From IMG/VR virus record IMGVR_UViG_3300027749_000038: a DNA stretch of 64,000 nucleotides. One strand, given 5' to 3'. The notes under the pieces are model-generated. The model ran no database searches and was not told the origin of the DNA. It saw nothing but the letters and a program-made list of their open reading frames with translations. Numbering within the stretch: position 1 is the first letter of the stretch; each line of letters opens with the position of its first letter. Positions 56,961-64,000 of this stretch are shown in pieces. Origin of the DNA: a virus. A program made the translations under genes and the position numbers.

Positions 56961-57599
56961 ATGTGTGGAATAGCAGGATCTTCAGACCTAGAAAAAGCCT
57001 TTAATCTTTACAAGCTTAATTTACCTAGAGGTAGTTATTCATCTAGCTTATTGGCATTAAATACCAATACAGGATCAAATTTTATATACAAACAAAAAAA
57101 TCCTTTTACAGAGAAAGACAGGGATTCTTTAATTTGGAAAAAAAATCAAAGTCGTAATGAGTTCAATTATTTTCTTTTTCATTCACGAGCTCCTACCAAT
57201 AGCACAGAAACAGAATGGTCTGCAAACACTTCCCATCCCTTTAAAGAAGATAATTGTTATGTAGCTCATAATGGCATTATAACAAATTTTGAAGAACTTA
57301 ATAAAAATTTAGGATTTGAGGTAGACACTCAATTAATACCTTATGATTTAATAAGGACCTATAATATAGTAGAAACTTATTCCAACTATCAAGGATTACT
57401 TACTAGTTGGATAGTTTGGGATCAAACCATATATCTTGTTAAAGCTGGAAGTTCTTTGTGGATGAACTCAGATTCTTTTTCCTCAACACAATTTAAAGAT
57501 TCTCATCACGTAGAAGAAGATGGTATTATTTTTGAATTTAAAGATAATCAATTTAAAAAAATAAACAATTTTAATTACACAAACCCGTATTTTATATGA
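56961..57599 (+). CDS. Stand-alone class II (Ntn) glutamine amidotransferase
   Basis: N-terminal MCGI, RG, HSRAPT, HPF, AHNGII.N and VDT. Confidence 0.88.
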   Translation: MCGIAGSSDLEKAFNLYKLNLPRGSYSSSLLALNTNTGSNFIYKQKNPFTEKDRDSLIWKKNQSRNEFNYFLFHSRAPTNSTETEWSANTSHPFKEDNCYVAHNGIITNFEELNKNLGFEVDTQLIPYDLIRTYNIVETYSNYQGLLTSWIVWDQTIYLVKAGSSLWMNSDSFSSTQFKDSHHVEEDGIIFEFKDNQFKKINNFNYTNPYFI

Positions 57600-58285
57600 A
57601 GAACAAAAGAGTATATGTAGTTTCTGCCACGGAGGCAAAAACATTAGAAGAATGGCAACAAAAACCTATTTTCAAATCCTTAGAAAAACAAAACATATTA
57701 AGAAGCGCCAAAGAATTTGATTTTTATGTTGTAAAAGACAACAAAAGAGGTCTTCCAGAACTTTATAATGAGTTTTTATACAACGACAAACATAAAAATG
57801 ATATTTTGTTGTTTGTGCATGATGATGTGGAATTAGAAGATGCTTTTCTGGTAGAAAAACTTCTAAATTCTCCATATGATGTTACAGGACTTGCTGGAGC
57901 AACAACTGTAGATTTGAGTAAACCTCCAGCTTGGCATCTAATGTCCGAACGTTCAGCTCATGTAGGTGAAGTAGCACATACTTCAGAAAATCGAGTATGG
58001 ACAACCTGTTTCGGACCTACTAATTCTAGAGCTTTAATAATGGACGGATTGTTTCTAGCAGTAGATGTAGAAGCAACAACTTGCAAAGGAGCTAAATTTG
58101 ATGAAGATTTTACATTTCATCACTATGATATTACATTTTGTTTAGATTGTAATTCTAAAAAAGTAAAATGTGGAGTGCTGCCTATTAGAGTAGTTCATCA
58201 TGGCCTAGGAGACAGTATGAATACACCAGAATGGAATGCCAGTGCTCAAAAATTTATTCAAAAATACGGGATTAAAACAAATTAA
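57596..58285 (+). CDS. GT-A glycosyltransferase-like protein (Glyco_tranf_2_5-like)
   Basis: YN, FVHDDV, GLAG, MDGLFLAV and FHHYDI.FC. Confidence 0.8.
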   Translation: MKNKRVYVVSATEAKTLEEWQQKPIFKSLEKQNILRSAKEFDFYVVKDNKRGLPELYNEFLYNDKHKNDILLFVHDDVELEDAFLVEKLLNSPYDVTGLAGATTVDLSKPPAWHLMSERSAHVGEVAHTSENRVWTTCFGPTNSRALIMDGLFLAVDVEATTCKGAKFDEDFTFHHYDITFCLDCNSKKVKCGVLPIRVVHHGLGDSMNTPEWNASAQKFIQKYGIKTN

Positions 58286-58301
58286 CAGTTAAATTGAACT
58301 T

Positions 58302-58892
58302 ATGAGATCTTTAATATACAACGATGCAGACTATGATGGCTCTCTTATTCATAGTCGTTTTGGATACAGAATTTATCGCAAAGATTATTCTTCTCTTGGA
58401 GTAGTTTATACTACTCGAGGCAATATGGATGTGAAGGCCAATCTTATTGATTTAGAAGATAAACTTTCAGACGATTTTATCTATTCAGATGATGCCTTGA
58501 GTGTGTGTTGGGAGATTCCTAATATGAATGCTATTGGTGCAGTATTCTTCCAACGATTGTTCGTACAAGAGATTGCCAATTTGTTTCGCACAGACAAATA
58601 TGGTTTGTTTGATGTAAAGGTAAATGGTGATGATCTAATGATTCGCAAACTTGGTATGGGAGAAAATAGCATTACAGAATTTGGCAAAGCCAGTGTAAGC
58701 ATTACCAAGGTAACAGATGGAGTAGCTTTGGGTCATTTAGGTATTAACATTTCAGCAGGTCCCAAAGCTCCTAGTTTTGCATTTTCTTTATTTCTAACAG
58801 AAGAATTAGTAGAAGAATTAACAATTGATATTACTAATATCTTTGATGAAATTTTAAAAGACAGTTTTATAGCTACTACAAAAGTTATTTAA
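58302..58892 (+). CDS. DUF366-like protein (BPL/LplA fold)
   Basis: YDGSLIH..F.Y, RG.M.V...LID.ED, IYSDDAL, FQRLF, GDDL, GKASVSI and GHLGINI resemble DUF366 from memory. Confidence 0.7.
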   Translation: MRSLIYNDADYDGSLIHSRFGYRIYRKDYSSLGVVYTTRGNMDVKANLIDLEDKLSDDFIYSDDALSVCWEIPNMNAIGAVFFQRLFVQEIANLFRTDKYGLFDVKVNGDDLMIRKLGMGENSITEFGKASVSITKVTDGVALGHLGINISAGPKAPSFAFSLFLTEELVEELTIDITNIFDEILKDSFIATTKVI

Positions 58893-59284
58893 TGAAACCC
58901 AATTACAAAGACAATTTATTTCCTTTTTTAAATTGGATTCTTAAGAAGAATTCAGTACAACCAGATGAAAATGATATTCCATCTATTTTTATAACCAATA
59001 GATGGCTATCAATGATAGATCCTTCATTGGCTCAAATAGTGAATGTTACATTTAATAGATGGATTTATAAGACACTTATATCCAAAGAAAATTTACTAGC
59101 CGGTAAAATTTATAGAACATTATTGCCTCGTATTGGTAAAAAAATAAATTATATTAAAAGATCTACTCAAACAAATAAAACAGATGAGGTTGATAATATA
59201 GAAACATTGGCTAATAATATGGAGATCTCGGTAAGAGAATTGCATATATACAATTCAGCGTTGGAATACTTAAACAAAAAATAA
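58892..59284 (+). CDS. gp62: Clamp-loader small subunit (gp62-like)
   Basis: F.FLN.I, FI.NRWLS, and a C-terminal 'VRE' helix pattern. Confidence 0.6.
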   Translation: MKPNYKDNLFPFLNWILKKNSVQPDENDIPSIFITNRWLSMIDPSLAQIVNVTFNRWIYKTLISKENLLAGKIYRTLLPRIGKKINYIKRSTQTNKTDEVDNIETLANNMEISVRELHIYNSALEYLNKK

Positions 59285-59286
59285 TT

Positions 59287-59670
59287 ATGATTGATAGACC
59301 CGTAGACTTAGAAGATCGCATTGGAGGAAAAGTTCAAATTGAACATTATGCTGGTAAAAGTTTTGAATTAGAAGGATGGCAACTAACCCAAGTGTTAGAT
59401 AACATCTTAATGGTACAATTCGCTGACATTAATGATGAAGGTACAGAGATTAAGAGAGGGAATTTGTGGATTCCTATTAATGCAGTTGAATATACCTGGC
59501 GAGTGGCTCGGGTAGTATTAGCTGGTTCTAAGTGTGAAACAGTTAAGGTAGGTGATTTTGTCATCTTTCCAAATGATCGAGGACTAAAGGTTAATAACCT
59601 AAATGGTTTAAGAAATATTGCTTTCTTAAATGAAGATCGTATTTTTGGAGTATGTACTTTAACTGAATAA
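59287..59670 (+). CDS. GroES-like co-chaperonin
   Basis: LDNILMVQ, G.L.IP, ARVV.AG..C..VKVGD.VIFP and L.EDRI.G. Confidence 0.8.
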   Translation: MIDRPVDLEDRIGGKVQIEHYAGKSFELEGWQLTQVLDNILMVQFADINDEGTEIKRGNLWIPINAVEYTWRVARVVLAGSKCETVKVGDFVIFPNDRGLKVNNLNGLRNIAFLNEDRIFGVCTLTE

Positions 59671-59672
59671 AT

Positions 59673-60062
59673 ATGTCTTCTGTCATTTCCGGTTCCGGCT
59701 TAGCTTCTTTATTAACTTCTAATGTAGCAGAATTTAAATTTAACAGACGCAATCCCAAGCCAGATTCTCCAACTACTCGTAGAATGTTAGCGACACTAGA
59801 TCCAAATATTCTAGTTTCAGATATCGGACGTTCTGTTTTTAATTTTAAACCACCTGGTCAAGGTGCTCCTTACAATCCAGCATCCAAAGGATTAATCATT
59901 GTGTTTGATCTTTTTATGCAAAATTGGAGAGCAATTCCATCAGAGGGAATAGAATTGATTAAAGTTATTCCATCTTCACCTCCAGAATTGTTTTGGGAAT
60001 ACTTTAAAGAGAATCTAGTGACTATGTCAGCTTCTCAAAAAGCAGCATTTATGAATTTATGA
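59673..60062 (+). CDS. Hypothetical protein, WYL_2/DUF2693-like SH3 fold
   Basis: F.F.R....R.M.ATL and VFD...Q.WR.I. Confidence 0.5.
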   Translation: MSSVISGSGLASLLTSNVAEFKFNRRNPKPDSPTTRRMLATLDPNILVSDIGRSVFNFKPPGQGAPYNPASKGLIIVFDLFMQNWRAIPSEGIELIKVIPSSPPELFWEYFKENLVTMSASQKAAFMNL

Positions 60063-60418
60063 TAACTGTTGAAAACCCGACATTAGAAGAAACCTGCAAA
60101 TCTCTATTACAGAGACAGGTTTCTTTTGAATTAAATAACAAAATTTTTAAACAAGGACAGTTGATTCTTTTTTATCAGAAAAATTTTTATCTTATTTTTA
60201 TTATTAACACTTTGAAGAGAGATAAAGATAAGATAGAAATTCCCATTCCATTTGCTATAGAAACCCATTCTGAGGATAATCTAGTGTATTTCGATTATCG
60301 AATTAAGACTCTATCAAAATTGGCACCAGAAGTAGAAAATTATTTAAAAGTATATCCCTCCGCTGGAGTCAAAAACAAATACTGGAATAATATTTTAACT
60401 ATAACTTGTCATGAATAA
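60059..60418 (+). CDS. Hypothetical protein
   Basis: 119-aa ORF in operon. Confidence 0.5.
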   Translation: MITVENPTLEETCKSLLQRQVSFELNNKIFKQGQLILFYQKNFYLIFIINTLKRDKDKIEIPIPFAIETHSEDNLVYFDYRIKTLSKLAPEVENYLKVYPSAGVKNKYWNNILTITCHE

Positions 60419-60707
60419 CTCTCATATTTGTTTTAATGTATTTTCTGGTACATTTTGTAATCTTTTAGAAGAAGATCTTAAAAATATAGGTCTTGGATAT
60501 TTGCCTCTCAAAAAAAATTCTAGTAAAAATTGCAATAAATGTTATGGCAGAGGATTTAGAGGAATGCAAACTGAAAATTTTACACATACTCCATGTTCTT
60601 GCGTGCAAAAAAACCTAAATTTAGATATATTAAAAGAAATTGAAAACAAATATATCAAACTTTTTGAACAACTTTCCGGGTCCAACACCCAGACCACAGC
60701 AAATTGA
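60411..60707 (+). CDS. Small zinc-ribbon hypothetical protein
   Basis: CNKCYGRG..PCSC. Confidence 0.5.
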   Translation: MNNSHICFNVFSGTFCNLLEEDLKNIGLGYLPLKKNSSKNCNKCYGRGFRGMQTENFTHTPCSCVQKNLNLDILKEIENKYIKLFEQLSGSNTQTTAN

Positions 60708-62304
60708 TGCCTTAGAGAAAATTTATAAGAAATTTTCATCTGGTAAAAAATTTGTTATAGCTAGACTACCTACGGGATCAGGAAAATCTCATATAGCCAC
60801 GGCGATAGCAAGGTCTTCTAATAAAATAGATGAAACTAGGCGATCTCTTTTAGATAGTTATAAAGCATTCAAAAGAGATCAAAACGGTGAATACCTGCAT
60901 AAAGAAACTTTTATGCAAGGAGAATCTTTTGGATCAGTTATATTAACCGTAACTAGATCTTTGCAAAATCAATATTTGGAATTGTTTCCCGAAGCTATAG
61001 CAGCTAAAGGTAAGAACAATTACAATTGTGCGGTAGATACTAATGTTACCGTAGATTTTGCTCCTTGTTTATTTAGTTCTAAATTAAAGCAAGAATGTTT
61101 TGAGGAAGATAGGTGTCCTTATTATAAGGTTCGAAAAAATGCTTTAATTTCAAATGATCCTATATTGAATTATAGAGCATATTTTAATATGCCTAAATTT
61201 TTACAACGTAGACAGTTTGTTATATTTGATGAAGCAGATAAAATTGAAAGTGAATTAGTGGGTCAATACTCCGTGACATTAAATTATGCTCAATTAGCAG
61301 CAGAAGAAATTGTATTCAAGAAGGTAATTTCAGATGATAGTGAAGAAGCCGGTCTATGGGTTCATGATATCTATTTGCAATTAAAAGATCTGGTGGTAGA
61401 TGTAAAACAAAAAGTATCTTTAATGTCCAATAAAAATGGATTTGAAAGTTTGTTGTTTAAACAACAACAAAGATTGGGTAAATTAACCAGTCTTTATAAT
61501 GCAGTTATGGATGTAGTTTTGAATTGGCAATCTTGTCAATATCTAGTAGAAAACAAAGATGCTAAAGAAGTTACATTTGTGCCTTTTGACATCAAACCTT
61601 TAGCAAAAGAATTGTTTGAAATGGCAGATCATGTACTTTTAATGTCTGCAACCATCAGCAATGTACAAGAATATGCTAAAAGTATAGGTATTTCAGAGAA
61701 AGACTATGAGTTTATTGATACCGATTCAGTTTTTGAAGCATCAAAATCTCCTATCTATTGTTCTTCGAAGTATAGCCTATCATTTAAGACCCTAGAAGCT
61801 AATCTTCCTAAGGTATTAGAGATGGTTTATAAGATATGTGAATCACATAAAGGAGAGAAAGGATTGATACATACTCATACCACAGCCATCACAGAGCAGG
61901 TTAAACGAAAATTTAATAAAAACAATAGATTTTTATTTAGAGATACCGGAGTTTCTAATGAAGATATTATCAAAGAGCACAAGTCTCGAGTAGATGAAGA
62001 TACTATTTTGGTTAGCCCTTCATTAGACACAGGAGTAAGCCTGGATGATGATCTTGGTAGATTTCAAATCATTATAAAGGCTCCGTATTTGCCGTTAGGT
62101 TCTAAAAGAATTAAGAAACAATTCGATAAAAATCCTCAATATTATGGTATGAAGATGTTAGATACACTGATTCAAATGAGTGGTCGATGCACGAGATCAA
62201 TTAAAGATCATTCAGTAACCTATATTTTAGACGGCGCGGCAGTTAAGGCGGTAACAAGTAATAAAAAACATTTACCAAAATACTTCTTAGAACGTTTCAT
62301 GTAA
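60640..62304 (+). CDS. DinG/XPD-like SF2 helicase with Fe-S cysteines
   Basis: PRPQQ, PTGSGKS, four-Cys region, DEAD, MSAT, K.P and Q.SGR..R. Confidence 0.85.
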   Translation: MKTNISNFLNNFPGPTPRPQQIDALEKIYKKFSSGKKFVIARLPTGSGKSHIATAIARSSNKIDETRRSLLDSYKAFKRDQNGEYLHKETFMQGESFGSVILTVTRSLQNQYLELFPEAIAAKGKNNYNCAVDTNVTVDFAPCLFSSKLKQECFEEDRCPYYKVRKNALISNDPILNYRAYFNMPKFLQRRQFVIFDEADKIESELVGQYSVTLNYAQLAAEEIVFKKVISDDSEEAGLWVHDIYLQLKDLVVDVKQKVSLMSNKNGFESLLFKQQQRLGKLTSLYNAVMDVVLNWQSCQYLVENKDAKEVTFVPFDIKPLAKELFEMADHVLLMSATISNVQEYAKSIGISEKDYEFIDTDSVFEASKSPIYCSSKYSLSFKTLEANLPKVLEMVYKICESHKGEKGLIHTHTTAITEQVKRKFNKNNRFLFRDTGVSNEDIIKEHKSRVDEDTILVSPSLDTGVSLDDDLGRFQIIIKAPYLPLGSKRIKKQFDKNPQYYGMKMLDTLIQMSGRCTRSIKDHSVTYILDGAAVKAVTSNKKHLPKYFLERFM

Positions 62305-62314
62305 TGTTTCCGGA

Positions 62315-62322
62315 ACTAAGTA
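62315..62322 (+). promoter_or_regulatory. Putative late promoter ACTAAGTA (gp15)
   Basis: 10 nt before ATG 62333. Confidence 0.55.
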
Positions 62323-62332
62323 TCCTTTAATA

Positions 62333-63415
62333 ATGAGAAATTATACTTTTAACTTTGAATTAAAAACCATGATGGAGCAATTTGTTGCTGCTTTCAATGA
62401 TATCATTATTAAAGGATACGATAACAAGAACACTTATATACCTGGTAGTGAAAAAAATGTTAATTTTGTATATTCTCCCAAACAACGAGTATATGCCTCT
62501 TTGGTTGCACCGGGTCCAGGTGCAATGCAACTTCCGGTCATAGCTGTAAGTTTTGGAACTATTTCCAGAGATAAGAGTAGAGTTTTTAATAAAAATAACG
62601 GATTTATACTTCCAGCGGATCAACCCAAGTCTGAAGTATTTTTAAAGAGAATTCCTCAACCCATACCAGTTGATGTAACTGTCAATATGACAATAGTTAC
62701 AAAATATCAGGAACATATGGATCAAATTATCAGTAATTTTGTACCATATTGTGATCCTTATATAGTTATTTCTTGGAAATTTCCCGGACTAGAAAATTCT
62801 AGTACTCAATTTGAAATTAGATCAGAAGTACTTTGGAGTGGAATTGTAAACACTTCATATCCTAAAGAATTAAATGCCTCCCAAAATTTCATGGTTACAG
62901 CAGATACCTCCTTTACTATAAAGGGTTGGATGTTTAAGAAATTTGACGAACCTTACAAGAAGATATTTTATATAGATAGTGATTATAGTGCCACCTCACA
63001 CCTACGAGATGGAGATACTTTACTTAAATACCCAGAAACAGAATATTTTTCCATTTCTGCTTGTCCATTTATCAAAGCAGTATTTCCTCAAGAAATTTTT
63101 ACACCAAATGTATCAGCCACAACATTTGATATATACGGAAAATATCTCATTCAACCTCTTAATGTATATTTAAGTGCTTCGAACCCATTAATGTTTAATA
63201 ACATTACCACATTTTCACCATTCATTAGTTCTACAAAATTATCGTCTGTATATACTCCTTTCAAAGCGGTATCTACTACTTTCAATGCAATAGATGATCA
63301 ACATATAGAAATTAGTTTTCCGGAAATTCCAGCTCATCCCGGATTTGTTGATATCATTGTAGAAAATGAAGCCGGATATGGAAAATTAAATTCCTATAAA
63401 TTACAAGTTACTTAA
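62333..63415 (+). CDS. gp15: Tail sheath stabilizer / terminator (gp15-like)
   Basis: F...FNDI.I, YSPKQ, LP.IA.S...I.RD..R, P.P.D and EQI-like DQII..F.P. Confidence 0.85.
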   Translation: MRNYTFNFELKTMMEQFVAAFNDIIIKGYDNKNTYIPGSEKNVNFVYSPKQRVYASLVAPGPGAMQLPVIAVSFGTISRDKSRVFNKNNGFILPADQPKSEVFLKRIPQPIPVDVTVNMTIVTKYQEHMDQIISNFVPYCDPYIVISWKFPGLENSSTQFEIRSEVLWSGIVNTSYPKELNASQNFMVTADTSFTIKGWMFKKFDEPYKKIFYIDSDYSATSHLRDGDTLLKYPETEYFSISACPFIKAVFPQEIFTPNVSATTFDIYGKYLIQPLNVYLSASNPLMFNNITTFSPFISSTKLSSVYTPFKAVSTTFNAIDDQHIEISFPEIPAHPGFVDIIVENEAGYGKLNSYKLQVT

Positions 63416-63447
63416 CAGAAATAATGTAGTGTTAAGTTACAATTTTA

Positions 63448-63455
63448 CCTAAATA
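63448..63455 (+). promoter_or_regulatory. Putative late promoter CCTAAATA (gp20)
   Basis: 9 nt before ATG 63465. Confidence 0.55.
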
Positions 63456-63464
63456 TAAAATTAT

Positions 63465-64000
63465 ATGCCAGATGTTCTCTCCAATTCTCCTCGAGGTTCA
63501 GGTGCCTCTAATAATTTTATAGCTAATGTTTTGCAGAGACTTCCTTATATCTCTGCTGGATTAGATGTTAATCAAGGTAATACCAAATACGAATTATTTG
63601 ACAGGCTTTCTAAGAAGACTGAAATGAGACTCTTAAAGCAGTCTGTCATTACTGGTCCGGCAATGACCTCTGTGTATGGTGATTCTAATAGAGGAAATAC
63701 ATTTGGTTCTCAGAATCCTTATCACAATTACATATATGCTCATGTAGATACAGATAAAATTCGCAGAATATCTGAATATCGTCGTATGGCTTCTTTTTCA
63801 GAAGTGTCTGATTGTCTAGATGAAATATGTGATGAGTTTATAGTCAAAGACGAGAATGGAAAAATAGTACATTTAAATTTTTCTCCATTTGCAGATCTTA
63901 GTTCTGAAGAAAAAACTGAAATACAAAAAGAATTTGAAAAATTCATTAACATTTATGATTTAGAACATAAAGGATGGGGGTACTGCAGACATTTTCTTAT
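63465..64000 (+). CDS. gp20: Portal vertex protein (gp20-like), 3'-truncated
   Basis: Absent from the ORF track because it has no stop; my translation gives EYRRMA..SEVSDCLDEICDE.IV and EF..FI...D..HKGW...R.F. Confidence 0.9.
   Translation, partial: MPDVLSNSPRGSGASNNFIANVLQRLPYISAGLDVNQGNTKYELFDRLSKKTEMRLLKQSVITGPAMTSVYGDSNRGNTFGSQNPYHNYIYAHVDTDKIRRISEYRRMASFSEVSDCLDEICDEFIVKDENGKIVHLNFSPFADLSSEEKTEIQKEFEKFINIYDLEHKGWGYCRHFL

Noticed and set aside
4646-63952. Many short antisense or alternate-frame ORFs in the track (e.g. 5992-6507, 16147-16482, 29499-29795, 53252-53500, 63740-63952)
   Set aside because: They lie wholly inside well-supported genes and show no recognisable motifs; treated as shadow ORFs.
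1-64000. Stop-codon reassignment (TAG/TGA/TAA recoding) as in some large phages
   Set aside because: Core genes are intact in code 11, TAA ends most genes, and only one internal stop (gp46) was found.
1-64000. tRNA, rRNA or CRISPR arrays
   Set aside because: The largest intergenic gaps are about 125 bp, and I saw no cloverleaf or repeat-spacer pattern.

Overview
A 64-kb, AT-rich, gene-dense piece of a large T4-like (Tevenvirinae-related or 'far-T4') myovirus genome, truncated at both ends. (1) 1-20354 (+): tail, baseplate and packaging genes: sheath gp18 (partial), tube gp19, tube-fold paralogs, gp26/51-like, tape-measure-like, gp48-, gp53-, gp3- and gp27-like, a two-gene gp5 spike, and terminase gp17 carrying an Ala-1 (class 3) LAGLIDADG intein. 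(2) 20351-49196 (-): replication and recombination genes: gp45, gp32, DHH nuclease, gp41, UvsX, ThyX, gp43, gp46/47, gp55, UvsW, UvsY. (3) 49219-64000 (mostly +): orphans, a P-loop kinase, primase gp61, gp62, GroES, a DinG-like helicase, gp15 and the start of portal gp20. The main signal is an apparently complete 7-deazaguanine pathway (FolE2, QueD, QueE, QueC, a stand-alone class II glutamine amidotransferase, and a TGT/DpdA-like transglycosylase next to the DNA polymerase) dispersed among the replication genes. It comes with a DUF366/LplA-fold-like protein and about 11 glycosyltransferase-like genes plus a methyltransferase; nine of these genes form an island separating gp47 from gp46. Also seen: one in-frame TAA in gp46, a TAAGTA/TAAATA late-promoter motif, and sigma70-like promoters placed to give leaderless or near-leaderless mRNAs. 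No tRNA, rRNA or CRISPR array was recognised. All family assignments are by motif recognition from memory; no database search was run.
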